From Candidatus Jorgensenbacteria bacterium GW2011_GWB1_50_10 (lineage in GTDB: Bacteria; Patescibacteriota; Minisyncoccia; UBA6257; GWB1-50-10): DNA of 64,000 bases. This document shows positions 9,486-22,067 of this stretch, piece after piece. The notes below the pieces were generated by a model, which ran no database searches, was not told the origin of the DNA, and worked only from the letters and a program-made list of their open reading frames with translations. Position numbers and translations under genes: made by a program. The DNA is taken from the NCBI GenBank assembly GCA_001004105.1, contig LCQK01000001.1, forward strand, positions 102,928 through 166,927, written 5' to 3'. The stretch's first letter is position 1, and each line of letters begins with the position of its first letter.

Positions 9486-10052
9486 ATGAAAACCTCCACC
9501 AAAAGAATTTTAAGCATCGCTCTTGCCGGCCTCTTTTTCGTCGGTATTTTAGTCGTCTACACGAGTTTAATCCGGCCGGAACTTACGAAAATCGGCGAAA
9601 AAAGAGCCCTCCTCGTTTCTAAAGAGACGCTTTTCTTGAACGAGCAGAACGCCGTGAACCAGGTGGAAACATTGCTTGGGGAGTTTCAGAATCTCGCCGA
9701 GTTACAAGATACGGTTTCTTTAGCTCTACCCCTTACGGCAAATGTCACGGGTGCCTTAAATCAAATCCAGTCCATTGCCAAGCTCGCGGGCGTTTCGGTT
9801 GGTTCTTTCTCCGTAAAACCCCTTGCTTTCGTCGCTTCCAAAGAACCCTTGGTCAAAAGAATGGGTTCATTCGAGTTGAGCCTCGCGGTCTCGGGTTCCT
9901 ACGATAATTTGAAAACTTTCGTCAAATCTCTTGAGACGAACGTGAGAATCATGAACGTCGCAAGTATGCGTCTTGCGCCAGCGGCGGTTGGCGCCCTGGT
10001 GGACAGTTTGAATCTAACACTCACGGTCGATGTTTATTACCAAGAACAATAA
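9486..10052 (+). CDS. pilO: PilO-like protein
   Basis: TM plus GSYDNLKTFVKSLE...RI motif; synteny. Confidence 0.75.
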   Translation: MKTSTKRILSIALAGLFFVGILVVYTSLIRPELTKIGEKRALLVSKETLFLNEQNAVNQVETLLGEFQNLAELQDTVSLALPLTANVTGALNQIQSIAKLAGVSVGSFSVKPLAFVASKEPLVKRMGSFELSLAVSGSYDNLKTFVKSLETNVRIMNVASMRLAPAAVGALVDSLNLTLTVDVYYQEQ

Positions 10053-10053
10053 C

Positions 10054-10344
10054 ATGGCCATTCTCGTTCAAGAAGAAGAAAAAGGCACCAACTGGGTAAC
10101 AATTCTTTCCACCATTGTCATTATCGTGGTTATCTTCGCTGGCGCTTATTATTTCTTTTTCAAAAAACCGGAATTGATTGAAGTGGTGGCCCCGGGTTCG
10201 CTAGAGAACGTGTCAAGTATTTCCAAAATTTCCTTTGACCCGCAGGGCGTTTTGCAATTACCCACTTTCAAGCTGCTTAGGCAATACGGGAGCGCGCCCT
10301 CGGTTCCCACGCCGGGCCGGAGCAACCCTTTCCGCCCGTTTTAA
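10054..10344 (+). CDS. Small membrane protein of the pilus locus (PilP position)
   Basis: TM segment; C-terminal GRSNPF. Confidence 0.7.
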   Translation: MAILVQEEEKGTNWVTILSTIVIIVVIFAGAYYFFFKKPELIEVVAPGSLENVSSISKISFDPQGVLQLPTFKLLRQYGSAPSVPTPGRSNPFRPF

Positions 10345-10351
10345 CTTTTTC

Positions 10352-12082
10352 ATGACGGACCAGGATTTAATTAAAGAACTTGTCAAAAGGAAAATTTTGG
10401 ACGCCGTCCTTTCCGAGCAGGTTTTGAAGGAAGCAAAATTCGGCGGCAAGGCGGCGGAAGAAGTAATTTACGAGAAAAGATTGGCCGACGAAACGGATGT
10501 GGCCGGCGTGAAATCAGAACTCTTGGGCGCGCCTTATAAAAAGATCGACCCGGGTCTCATTCCGGACGAGGTTTTGGGAATCATTCCTTTTGAAACTTCC
10601 AAAACCTATCGGGTGGCACCACTTGAAAAGAAAAAAGACCTTCTGGTGGTGGGTATGCTCCGGCCCGATGACACGAGAGCCCAGGAAGCATTGAGGTTTA
10701 TCGCCAAGCGCGAGCGAGTGTCGCTTGGCGTTTTTTTAGTGACGCCCTCGGATTTAGCCGCTGTCTGGCGGCGCTACTCGCCTTACAAAGGCGAAATTGA
10801 GTCGGCGGTGAAGGAACTTGGCGCTCGGTCTGCGGAAGAAGAACGGCTTGTGTCTTTGGAAGAAGGTGCGCGAAGCGCGGAAGATGCGCCGATAATCAAA
10901 ATCGTTGCTTCCACCCTGCGAAGAGCGGTGGAAGTTAAGGCCTCCGACGTCCATGTTGAGCCCCAGCGCTCGCGGCTCCGCATCCGGTTTCGGGTGGACG
11001 GCAAATTGCAAGAAGTGGCTTCCCTCCCTTTATCCTTGAGCCAGCCGGTTGTCTCCAGGGTAAAAGTTCTCTCGCGCCTGCGGCTTGATGAAACGAGAGT
11101 CCCGCAGGATGGTCGTTTCCGGACGCTTGTTTCCGGAGTCGACATTGATTACCGCGTTTCCACTTTTCCCACGCCCTCGGGCGAGAAAGTCGCCATTCGC
11201 GTCCTTGACCCCACGACCGGTTTGAAAGGCCTCCCCGAGCTGGGACTTTCCGATTACAATTTTAAAATTTTAAACGAGGGACTGAATTCGCCCTACGGCA
11301 TGATTTTAATTACGGGCCCCACTGGTTCTGGTAAAACGACTACTCTTTACGCCATGATGCAGAAGATAAATTCCGATGAGTTGAACATCTTGAGCTTGGA
11401 AGACCCGGTGGAATATTTCATGGACGGCATCAATCAGTCGCAAGTAAAGCCCGAAATCAGCTACACTTTCGCCTCCGGTCTCCGGCAGATTCTCCGGCAG
11501 GATCCCGACGTGATAATGGTCGGCGAGATACGGGATTCCGAAACTGCTTCGCTTGCGGTAAACGCGGCTTTGACCGGCCACATGATGCTCTCCACGCTTC
11601 ACACCAACAATTCCGTGGGCGTCATCCCGCGGCTTATTGATTTGGAAGTGCCGGCGTTTCTTCTCTCATCCGCTCTTAATTTAATGATGGCCCAGCGGTT
11701 GGTCGCCCGGCTCTGTCCCAAGTGCCGCGAAAAAAGGGAGGCGCCGAAGGAAGCGGAGGGCATTATCGCGAAAAATCTGGAAAGCTTACCCGAGGAGCTT
11801 AAAAAATCCGTGAAAGCGAGGCCGCCTTACCCTATCTATCATTCCAGCCCGAAACCGAACTGCCCGGAATGCGGCGGTAAGGGTTTCGTCGGCCGGGTGG
11901 CGATTTTCGAAATTTTCAGGATGACGCGGGAGCTAAGTGAAATCATCAATTCCGGTTTTACCGAGGGCAGACTTTACGACGAAGCCAAGCGCCAGGGAAT
12001 GGTAACATTGAGACAGGATGGAATCTTGAAAGCTCTGGAAGGTGAAGTGCTTTTAGAAGAAGTTTTGAGAGAGACCGAATAG
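10352..12082 (+). CDS. pilB: Type IV pilus assembly ATPase PilB/GspE
   Basis: ASDVHVEP, GPTGSGKT, LRQDPD, zinc-binding CxxC pairs. Confidence 0.93.
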   Translation: MTDQDLIKELVKRKILDAVLSEQVLKEAKFGGKAAEEVIYEKRLADETDVAGVKSELLGAPYKKIDPGLIPDEVLGIIPFETSKTYRVAPLEKKKDLLVVGMLRPDDTRAQEALRFIAKRERVSLGVFLVTPSDLAAVWRRYSPYKGEIESAVKELGARSAEEERLVSLEEGARSAEDAPIIKIVASTLRRAVEVKASDVHVEPQRSRLRIRFRVDGKLQEVASLPLSLSQPVVSRVKVLSRLRLDETRVPQDGRFRTLVSGVDIDYRVSTFPTPSGEKVAIRVLDPTTGLKGLPELGLSDYNFKILNEGLNSPYGMILITGPTGSGKTTTLYAMMQKINSDELNILSLEDPVEYFMDGINQSQVKPEISYTFASGLRQILRQDPDVIMVGEIRDSETASLAVNAALTGHMMLSTLHTNNSVGVIPRLIDLEVPAFLLSSALNLMMAQRLVARLCPKCREKREAPKEAEGIIAKNLESLPEELKKSVKARPPYPIYHSSPKPNCPECGGKGFVGRVAIFEIFRMTRELSEIINSGFTEGRLYDEAKRQGMVTLRQDGILKALEGEVLLEEVLRETE

Positions 12083-12083
12083 C

Positions 12084-13157
12084 ATGATGGACTACAAGAA
12101 AAAATTGGAGGAATTGCTTTTGATAACGGCGCGGCAGAACGCCTCGGATTTGCACATTGCGGTCGGTCGCCGGCCGACGATAAGAGTGGATAGCGTCTTG
12201 GTGCCCATCGCTAAAGAACAGATTTTAACGAGAGAAGACGCCGAAGGCCTGGTTCTCGCACTTTTGACCGAAGAACAGAAGCAGAGTTTTCTCGTTCAAA
12301 GGCAGGTTGATTTTTCTTATGCTTTGGAAGATAAGGCGAGGTTTCGGGTAAACGTCTATTTCCAACGCGGTTTCATGGCCGCCGCCCTGCGGCTCATTCC
12401 CGCCCAGATTAAAAATATTGAAGAGTTGAATTTACCGCCGCTTCTTCACGAATTCACCAAACTCAATCAGGGATTCATTTTGGTCGTGGGCCCGGCTGGC
12501 CACGGCAAGTCAACGACCTTAGCTGCTCTTTTAGACGAAGTTAACCACAAGCGGACCGACCACATCATCACCGTGGAGGACCCGATTGAATATCTTTTCT
12601 CCCAAGACCGCTGCATTATTTCCCAGCGGGAAGTGGGATCAGACACGCTCTCTTTCCATGATGCGCTCCGTTCTATTTTGCGTCAGGACCCGGACGTCAT
12701 CATGATCGGCGAGGTTCGTGACCCCGAAACGATGGCCACCGCAATGACGGCGGCCGAAACCGGCCACCTGGTTTTCGCGACCATGCACACAAACTCCGCC
12801 TCCCAGACGATCGACCGGATGATCGATAGTTTTCCGCCCAACCAACAGGGCCAGATTATTTCCCAGCTTGCCTCCACGCTCGTGGCCGTCGTTTCCGAGC
12901 GTTTGATTCCGCGCCAGGGCGGCGGCCGGGTGCCGGCAATGGAGATAATGCTCGCAAACCCGGCGATAAGAAACCTCATTCGCGAGAAGAAGATTTACCA
13001 GATCGATTTGGTGATTGAAACGAGTGTCCAGGAAGGGATGGTATCTCTGAACCGCTCGCTTGTCGGCCTCGTAAGACGTAAAGAGATTTCAATGGAACAG
13101 GCCAAAAGTTATTCCTTGAATCCGGGCGAACTCCAAATCCTCCTTGAGCGAAGTTAG
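12084..13157 (+). CDS. pilT: Retraction ATPase PilT
   Basis: ASDLH, GPAGHGKST, AAETGHL, AIRNLIRE. Confidence 0.95.
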   Translation: MMDYKKKLEELLLITARQNASDLHIAVGRRPTIRVDSVLVPIAKEQILTREDAEGLVLALLTEEQKQSFLVQRQVDFSYALEDKARFRVNVYFQRGFMAAALRLIPAQIKNIEELNLPPLLHEFTKLNQGFILVVGPAGHGKSTTLAALLDEVNHKRTDHIITVEDPIEYLFSQDRCIISQREVGSDTLSFHDALRSILRQDPDVIMIGEVRDPETMATAMTAAETGHLVFATMHTNSASQTIDRMIDSFPPNQQGQIISQLASTLVAVVSERLIPRQGGGRVPAMEIMLANPAIRNLIREKKIYQIDLVIETSVQEGMVSLNRSLVGLVRRKEISMEQAKSYSLNPGELQILLERS

Positions 13158-13172
13158 GTTATAATAAAAACA

Positions 13173-14378
13173 ATGAAGTTTGCTTACAAAGCCAGAACCA
13201 AAGAGGGTGAACTGCAGATTGGCAATGTTGATGCTTCCAATCGCGACGGCGCCCTGGGGATTCTTTTGGGTCACGGCCTTTTTATTCTCACCCTGGAACC
13301 TGTGGCGGAGGAACGCTGGTTCGACCGGGTTTTGTCTTTTTTCCGGCGAGTGAAAGCCTCGGATATGATGATTTTCACGCGGCAGTTCGCCACACTCCTC
13401 GCTTCCCAAGTGCCGCTCTCGGACAGTTTGGCCAATCTTTACCGTCAGACCCAGCACGCCACTTTGAAAGAAATCATCGCCGAGATTTCGAACGACGTCG
13501 ACGCCGGTTTCTCGCTCTCGCAGGCGCTCGATCGGCACGTTTCCACCTTTTCCGAGTTTTACGTGAATATGGTTAAATCCGCCGAGGTAACCGGAAGGCT
13601 TAGCGAGGTGCTGAATTTCCTGGCTGACTATCTGGAAAAACAGACGGCTCTTGTCGCCAAAGTCAAAAACGCCCTCATTTACCCGGCGCTTGTTATCGGC
13701 CTTTTTATCGTCGTTGTGATTATCATGGTTTCCGTCGTTTTACCGCAGATTACGCCGATTTTTGCCGAAGCGAACATTGAGTTGCCGTTTTTCACCCAAA
13801 TCCTTCTCTCGGTCGGAACCTTCATCGCCAATTGGTGGTGGGGCATCGGGATTCTCTTCGGGATTTTTTTGCTTGTGCTCATTGATTATTCCCAGACTAA
13901 AGAAGGTAAAGTTGTTTTCGATGAAATCTCGCTCCGCTTGCCGGTAATGGGCCCGCTTTTCCAGAAGCTGTATGTGGCCCGGTTTTCGGAATCGACGCGG
14001 ATGCTCATCAAGGGCGGGCTCACTATCCCGCAGGCAATTGAAATTTCCTCCCACACCATCGGGAACGCCGTTTATCGCGACCGCTTGCATGAGGCCTCAG
14101 ATAAAATCCGAAAAGGGGAATTGCTTTCCCGGACCTTGGAAACGATGTCCGAATTTCCACCCTTGGTTTCTCAGCTTATCGCGGTCGGTGAATCAACCGG
14201 TCGGCTGGAACAGCTCTTGGAAAAGGTGACTGACTTTTACAGCCGGGAGGTGGATGATATGGTGAACAATTTAGTGACGCTTATCCAGCCGATTTTGATG
14301 ATTGTAATCGGCGTGATGGTTGCTCTCCTTTTTGCCTCAATACTTCTCCCGCTCTACAACTTGAGCCGGGCGTTTTGA
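13173..14378 (+). CDS. pilC: Pilus platform protein PilC/GspF
   Basis: FTRQFATL, two T2SSF domains, GESTGRL. Confidence 0.93.
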   Translation: MKFAYKARTKEGELQIGNVDASNRDGALGILLGHGLFILTLEPVAEERWFDRVLSFFRRVKASDMMIFTRQFATLLASQVPLSDSLANLYRQTQHATLKEIIAEISNDVDAGFSLSQALDRHVSTFSEFYVNMVKSAEVTGRLSEVLNFLADYLEKQTALVAKVKNALIYPALVIGLFIVVVIIMVSVVLPQITPIFAEANIELPFFTQILLSVGTFIANWWWGIGILFGIFLLVLIDYSQTKEGKVVFDEISLRLPVMGPLFQKLYVARFSESTRMLIKGGLTIPQAIEISSHTIGNAVYRDRLHEASDKIRKGELLSRTLETMSEFPPLVSQLIAVGESTGRLEQLLEKVTDFYSREVDDMVNNLVTLIQPILMIVIGVMVALLFASILLPLYNLSRAF

Positions 14379-14423
14379 TATAATTAAGAGGAATTACAAA
14401 AGGTCGTTATTAACTAATAACAA

Positions 14424-14822
14424 ATGAAAAACAACAAAGGTTTTACATTAATTGAAATGTTGGTTGTGATCGCCATTATCGGGCTTTTGAGCTCGGTGGT
14501 GATTATCGGCTTGGGCGGTTCTCGCTCCAAGGCCAGAGACGCAAGGCGGATTGCCGACATTCAGCAGATTCAGAATGCTCTGGAGCTTCAGTATAACCCG
14601 GCAACCGGTTACCCAGTGGCCGGCACTCCTCCAACCGCTACCATCACAGGGGCGCCAACTAAAGATCCACAGAGCAAGGATTACCAATATGCCCCAAATG
14701 CCACCACCCTTGGATATAATTTAGGAATTTGTCTTGAAAATTCGGAAGGAGCATCGGGAGCGGGTAATTGCCCGTCAGGCGTCACCAACTGCAGCGGTAA
14801 GGAATATTGTGTAAAGCAATAA
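14424..14822 (+). CDS. Type IV pilin (major-like)
   Basis: KG|FTLIEMLVV, ARDARRIAD, C-terminal Cys pairs. Confidence 0.9.
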   Translation: MKNNKGFTLIEMLVVIAIIGLLSSVVIIGLGGSRSKARDARRIADIQQIQNALELQYNPATGYPVAGTPPTATITGAPTKDPQSKDYQYAPNATTLGYNLGICLENSEGASGAGNCPSGVTNCSGKEYCVKQ

Positions 14823-14826
14823 AATA

Positions 14827-15264
14827 ATGAACAAGGGGTTTACGCTGATTGAGATGCTAGTCGTAGTAGCAATTATCGGGTTGCTTTCTTCAACCATTCT
14901 CGTTGGATTGGGGAATGCCCGGAGTAAGGCCCGCGACGCGCGCCGGATTGCGGATTTGCGCCAGATTCAGACCGGCTTGGAAAATTATTATGTGGAAAAC
15001 AACCAATCGTATCCCCAAACGCTTTACACTTCGGTTCCCGGCCTGCCGCACGACCCCCAGGGAGGCGAGTATGGCTACGTCCGGCCCGGAAGCCAAGCCT
15101 ACATTTTGGGTGCCTGTCTTGAGAATGACCGAACAGGCGACATCCAAACGTTTCCCGGGAGTTACGACGTAAGTCCTGTTGGTTCGAATAAAGTGCCGCC
15201 GCCTTCCTGCACCTGTGATGACGTGAGCGCCTACTGCGTCGCCGTGGGCTTGGGCGGCCGCTAA
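14827..15264 (+). CDS. Type IV pilin
   Basis: KG|FTLIEMLVV, ARDARRIAD. Confidence 0.9.
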   Translation: MNKGFTLIEMLVVVAIIGLLSSTILVGLGNARSKARDARRIADLRQIQTGLENYYVENNQSYPQTLYTSVPGLPHDPQGGEYGYVRPGSQAYILGACLENDRTGDIQTFPGSYDVSPVGSNKVPPPSCTCDDVSAYCVAVGLGGR

Positions 15265-15265
15265 A

Positions 15266-16165
15266 ATGGAAGCGCTTTATTACCCGATACTTTTTTTATT
15301 CGGGCTTGCCGTCGGCAGTTTTTTGAACGTTTTGATTTTAAGATATGCTCCGGAGAGGAGCGTATTCAGTTTGGAGAATTTGCGCGGTCGCTCGCATTGT
15401 CCGCACTGCGGCAAAACTCTTCAGTGGTTTGAGCTTGTGCCGTTTCTCTCGTACATCGCACAGGGCGGCCGCTGCCGTTCCTGCGGCAAGAAATTAACCG
15501 TTCAGTACCCGCTTGTTGAATTCTTGTCGGGAGCGATTTTTGTCGCTCTGCCGCTTTATTTTTCCAAATTTTACGGTTTCATCGGTCTTTTCCCGGAGGG
15601 CTCTGGATTCCGCTCCTACTACGCCTATCTTATCGTCTGGGTTTTGATTCTGCTCACCTGGGCTTTGATAAGCGTAATTGACATGCGCCATTATCTGATT
15701 CCCAACGAACTGAACGTTCTTCTTGCGGCACTGGGGGTCATTTTGGTTGCCGTAAAGAGCCTGCCTTCGGTTTGGCTCCTGCCTTTCCATAGTTCATTTT
15801 TAAGGCATTACCTTTTGATTTTTTCGCCGATGCAGAACATTTGGATAAATCATCTTTTAGGTGCCCTAGCCGGTCTTTTATTTTTCGGACTTTTAATTGC
15901 AATTTCCCGAGGCCGGGCGATGGGGATGGGAGACGTGAAACTCGCCGCCGCCGCCGGTCTTATTTTGAGCTGGCCGGACATGGCTCTTGCCATGATTATC
16001 GCTTTCATCTTGGGAGGCGTCTGGGGAGCATTCTTGCTTTTGACCAAAAAGAAAACCCTCCGCGACAAATTGCCTTTCGCGCCGATTATGATTTTGGGAA
16101 TGGTTCTTACCGTCTTCTTCGGATATCAGATCGTAAGCGGCTATTTCGGACTTTTTAATATCTGA
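15266..16165 (+). CDS. pilD: Prepilin peptidase
   Basis: GSFLNV, RSHCPHC, GRCRSC, MGMGDVKL, LPFAP. Confidence 0.93.
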   Translation: MEALYYPILFLFGLAVGSFLNVLILRYAPERSVFSLENLRGRSHCPHCGKTLQWFELVPFLSYIAQGGRCRSCGKKLTVQYPLVEFLSGAIFVALPLYFSKFYGFIGLFPEGSGFRSYYAYLIVWVLILLTWALISVIDMRHYLIPNELNVLLAALGVILVAVKSLPSVWLLPFHSSFLRHYLLIFSPMQNIWINHLLGALAGLLFFGLLIAISRGRAMGMGDVKLAAAAGLILSWPDMALAMIIAFILGGVWGAFLLLTKKKTLRDKLPFAPIMILGMVLTVFFGYQIVSGYFGLFNI

Positions 16166-16185
16166 GTCGGCTTTTTGCTGTTATA

Positions 16186-16740
16186 ATGTTATTAATGGAT
16201 CTCAAATCCCGAGAAGGTTTTTCATTGTTTGAGATGGTGGTTGTCGTCGGTATCACGGTTCTTCTTTCAGCCATCACTCTTACCTACAATCGTTCCAGTG
16301 AGCGCCAGCTTATCCTTTTTAAGGACCAAGCCGTGGTGGTCGGACTTTTGAATCGGGCCAAGTCGCTCGCCATCCAGAAATACCAAAATCCGGCGATCAC
16401 CGCCGATTACGTCTTTTGCGCTTTCGGTCTTCACCTTGAGGCGCCGCGCGATGTTATTCTTTTTGCCGATTTAGGGGAGGGCAGTTGCGACCCGACTAAT
16501 GCTAATTACCGTTATGATGCGGGCGTTGTGCCACCCGAGGCACTTGAAACGAAATCACTTGATGTGCGTAACGAGTTTTCGGGATTGCCCGAAGGCGGAC
16601 TGGACATCCTTTTTATCGCGCCGGAACTCACGGCTACAACGAGCGCTGATTTTCCGGTTGGCATCACCATTAATTCAACTGTCGGCGGCCTCTCGGCGGC
16701 GACGACTATCTCGGCGGCCGGTCAGATTATTACGGAATAA
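16186..16740 (+). CDS. Minor pilin
   Basis: G|FSLFEMVVV; true start may be 16195. Confidence 0.8.
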   Translation: MLLMDLKSREGFSLFEMVVVVGITVLLSAITLTYNRSSERQLILFKDQAVVVGLLNRAKSLAIQKYQNPAITADYVFCAFGLHLEAPRDVILFADLGEGSCDPTNANYRYDAGVVPPEALETKSLDVRNEFSGLPEGGLDILFIAPELTATTSADFPVGITINSTVGGLSAATTISAAGQIITE

Positions 16741-16746
16741 GGGGCC

Positions 16747-17262
16747 ATGGGAAAAATATCTAAAAATCGAAAAGGCAACCTGCTTATTGAATCCATAATC
16801 GCTCTTAGCGTTGCGACGATAGGCATTCTCGGGGTTTTGGGCCTTCTTTCGCGTTCTTTGGGAATCAACAAGGACGTGAGCCAGAAGTTCGCCGCGACTT
16901 ATTTGGCCGCCGAAGGAGTGGAGGTAGTGAAGAGTTTGATTGATAAAAATTTTGCTGACAGCGATGCTTGGAATGAGGGGATTGGCGATTGCGGTTTTCC
17001 CACCTGTGATTATGAGGTGGTTTTTAATGACGCCGCTCTTAGTGGTTTCTCCGACCATTTCCTTAATTTTGATTCTACGAACGGCACCTACAGCTACGGC
17101 GATGGTGTTCCAACGCCCTTTAAAAGAAAAATTGTTATTACTGCGATTGATTTAAACGGCGGCGGCGATGACGAACTCAAAGTTAATTCCTCGGTTACTT
17201 GGGCTGTCCGCGGCGGAACGGAAACGGTCGATTTGGAGGACCATTTTTTTGATTGGCGATGA
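16747..17262 (+). CDS. Minor pilin (PilV-like)
   Basis: KG|NLLIES, LAAEGVE. Confidence 0.8.
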   Translation: MGKISKNRKGNLLIESIIALSVATIGILGVLGLLSRSLGINKDVSQKFAATYLAAEGVEVVKSLIDKNFADSDAWNEGIGDCGFPTCDYEVVFNDAALSGFSDHFLNFDSTNGTYSYGDGVPTPFKRKIVITAIDLNGGGDDELKVNSSVTWAVRGGTETVDLEDHFFDWR

Positions 17263-17870
17263 ACAAAAATTCAAAATTCAAAATTCCTGCCTGCCGGCAG
17301 GCACGGCAAAATTCAAAATTTAGGAAAGGTTTTACCCTCGTTGAGCTTATTGTCGCGATGTCGGTTTTTATCATCGCGATTACCATCGCCGTGGGCGCTT
17401 TTGTCCAGGCGCTCCGCACCCAGCGGATTGTGAATCACATGCTCTCCGTAAATTCCAACGCCAGTTTGGCGATTGAGCAGGTAGCGCGGGAGGTCAGGAC
17501 GGGTTATAACTTTGATTTGAATAACGTGCCTCAAGGCAACTGCATCGGGGGGCAGGAAGAAGAACTTGAATTCACTAATTCTCGTGCCAACAGTGTTTTT
17601 TATCGGGAGGAATCGGACGCTATTACCCGAATGGAGTGCGTGGGGAGTGATTGCTCGGGCAAAACTTTCCAGCCGCTTACAGCCTCAAACATCAAAGTGG
17701 ACCGGCTCTGTTTCACGAACACCGGCAGTTTGGTGAACGGCAAGGATCCCTGGCGGATAACGTTTTTTATGACGCTTGGTTCCTCCGACCCAAAACTCTC
17801 AGGTGAGGTTTTGAACTTTCAAACAACGGTCGCGGCAAGAATTTTGCCCCAAGAATTACCCGAAGAATGA
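17259..17870 (+). CDS. Minor pilin (PilW-like)
   Basis: KG|FTLVELIVA; leader extended by repeat and palindrome insertion. Confidence 0.8.
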   Translation: MNKNSKFKIPACRQARQNSKFRKGFTLVELIVAMSVFIIAITIAVGAFVQALRTQRIVNHMLSVNSNASLAIEQVAREVRTGYNFDLNNVPQGNCIGGQEEELEFTNSRANSVFYREESDAITRMECVGSDCSGKTFQPLTASNIKVDRLCFTNTGSLVNGKDPWRITFFMTLGSSDPKLSGEVLNFQTTVAARILPQELPEE

Positions 17871-18265
17871 TTCAAAATTCAAAATTCAAAATTAAAAATT
17901 CGCAGAGAGGTCAAGTGATGATTTTAAGCGTGATGATGCTGGGCGGCATCATGCTCTCGGGCGCCGCGATTGCCGGTCTTCTCATGCTTTACCAGATTAA
18001 GTCGGCAAATGACGCGGTGAATTCCGCGAAAGCCATTTTTGCGGCCGATGCCGGCTTAGAAAGCGTGACTTGGTGCATTCTTAAAGGTGCCGGCACAAGC
18101 GCTTGCGTTGATGGCATAGTCCCAATTGTCTTTGATGATTCAACTGTCTCGATAAACGCAAAAAGTCAGACCGTCGGTAGCGAAATAATAATCACTTCCC
18201 GGGGTTACGGCGCCTCCGGCAAGGCGGTAAGAATCTTGGAAACGATTTTTGAAACCGGACCTTAA
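17867..18265 (+). CDS. PilX-like minor pilin
   Basis: RG|QVMIL, AIFAADAGLE. Confidence 0.75.
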   Translation: MIQNSKFKIKNSQRGQVMILSVMMLGGIMLSGAAIAGLLMLYQIKSANDAVNSAKAIFAADAGLESVTWCILKGAGTSACVDGIVPIVFDDSTVSINAKSQTVGSEIIITSRGYGASGKAVRILETIFETGP

Positions 18266-20323
<2,058 letters not shown>

Positions 20324-20326
20324 GAC

Positions 20327-20614
20327 ATGCTTTCAAAGAAAGATTTGGAACATTTGGCGGAGTTGGCCCGCATGGAATTGAAAAAGTCCGAGGAAGAAAA
20401 ACTACTCAAAGACCTGGAGAAAATTCTCGGACATTTTGAAGAATTAAAAGAACTTGATACCGAAGGCGTTTTGCCGATGTCGGGGGGCACGTTTTCAAGA
20501 AACATTCTCCGCGCCGATGATTTGGAAGAAACAAAACTTGCCGGCGAGAAATCCGTGAGCCAGTTTCCGGAAAGAGATAAGGGGTTTCTCAAAATCCCGC
20601 CAGTTTTCGAGTAG
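20327..20614 (+). CDS. gatC: Asp/Glu-tRNA amidotransferase subunit C
   Basis: HLAELARM...FLKIPPV; precedes gatA. Confidence 0.9.
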   Translation: MLSKKDLEHLAELARMELKKSEEEKLLKDLEKILGHFEELKELDTEGVLPMSGGTFSRNILRADDLEETKLAGEKSVSQFPERDKGFLKIPPVFE

Positions 20615-20615
20615 T

Positions 20616-22067
20616 ATGAAAAAACATCTCCACGATTTGACCATTAAAGGTTTTCATGAGGGACTTTTGAACAAGGAGTTTTCAGCTTTTGAGATTGCGG
20701 AGGGTTATTTTGACTGGATTGCCGAGAAAGACAAGGAAGTCGGCGCTTATCTTTCGCTCCAAAAAGACGAGGCATTAAAGAGCGCTTCGGAGGTTGATGT
20801 AAAAGTCGCCTCCGGCGTTGAAGTGGATGTTTTGGCCGGAGTGCCTCTGGCCGTGAAAGACGTGGTTTTGATCGAGGATGCGCCTGCCTCTGCCGGTTCA
20901 AAAATTTTGGAAAAATACAGTGCAAGTTACGACGCAACTGTTATAAAAAAACTAAAAGAGGCACAAGCGGTATTTTTAGGGAAAACAAATTTGGATGAGT
21001 TCGCAATGGGTTCTTCCACCGAGAACTCCGGCTACAGGCTGGTTCACAATCCTTATGATTTATTGCGGGTGCCGGGTGGCTCTTCCGGCGGCTCGGCCGC
21101 CGCCGTCGCCGCGAACATGGCTTTAGCCGCACTGGGTACCGACACCGGCGGGTCCATCCGCCAGCCGGCCGCTTTCTGCGGCGTGGTCGGTTTGAAGCCG
21201 ACGTATGGCGCGGTTTCCCGCCACGGGCTTATCGCTCTTGCTTCCAGCCTGGACCAAATCGGGCCTTTCGGAAAAACCGCGGAGGACGCGGCAATAGTGT
21301 TTTCAAAAATAAGAGGTAGCGACCCGTTTGATTCTACAAGCGTTGAGGCGGAGGAAGACGATTTATTGAAGCCCGATTTTGAGAGGATAAAGAAACTGCG
21401 CGTTGGTATCCCCAAAGAATATTTTGCAGGCGGTTTATCGCCGGAAGTTGAAAAAGGAATGGCGGAGGCGGAGCGGCGCTTGCGCAGTTTGAAACTGGAA
21501 TTCGAAGAAATATCGCTGCCCCACACCAAGTATGCCCTTTCCGTTTATTACATCATTTTGCCGGCCGAGGCCTCGGCGAATCTCGCCCGTTTTGACGGCA
21601 TCCGCTACAGCCGGATTGTTTCCGAAAAGGAGGTAAAAAGTTTACGCGATATTTATTTCAAAGACCGGGGCGCGGGGTTCGGGGCCGAGCCGCGGCGGCG
21701 GATTCTTTTGGGAACATTCGTTTTATCGGCCGGTTATTACGACGCTTATTACGCCAAAGCCCAAAAGGTGCGGCGGCTGATATTGCGCGATTTTGATGAG
21801 GCCTTCAAAAAGGTGGATGTGATTTTCGCGCCAACGACTCCCACCTCCGCTTTCAAAATCGGCGAGAAAACCGAGGATCCCCTCTCGATGTATCTTTCGG
21901 ATATTTTCACCATTCCGGCGAACTTGGCCGGGGTACCCGCCGTTTCCATACCGGTCAAAAAATACTCTCTAGCTGATAAGGAATTGCCTATTGGCCTCCA
22001 GTTAATCGGCCGCCATTTCCGCGAAGCCGATATTTTAGGTTTGGGGCAATACTATGAACGGCTCTGA
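20616..22067 (+). CDS. gatA: Asp/Glu-tRNA amidotransferase subunit A
   Basis: GKTNLDEFAMGSSTE, GGSSGGS, DTGGSIRQPA. Confidence 0.96.
   Translation: MKKHLHDLTIKGFHEGLLNKEFSAFEIAEGYFDWIAEKDKEVGAYLSLQKDEALKSASEVDVKVASGVEVDVLAGVPLAVKDVVLIEDAPASAGSKILEKYSASYDATVIKKLKEAQAVFLGKTNLDEFAMGSSTENSGYRLVHNPYDLLRVPGGSSGGSAAAVAANMALAALGTDTGGSIRQPAAFCGVVGLKPTYGAVSRHGLIALASSLDQIGPFGKTAEDAAIVFSKIRGSDPFDSTSVEAEEDDLLKPDFERIKKLRVGIPKEYFAGGLSPEVEKGMAEAERRLRSLKLEFEEISLPHTKYALSVYYIILPAEASANLARFDGIRYSRIVSEKEVKSLRDIYFKDRGAGFGAEPRRRILLGTFVLSAGYYDAYYAKAQKVRRLILRDFDEAFKKVDVIFAPTTPTSAFKIGEKTEDPLSMYLSDIFTIPANLAGVPAVSIPVKKYSLADKELPIGLQLIGRHFREADILGLGQYYERL

Noticed and set aside
14424-15264. DGR or shufflon acting on the tandem pilins
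   Set aside because: Similarity is limited to the conserved N-terminal helix; no RT, template repeat or invertase.
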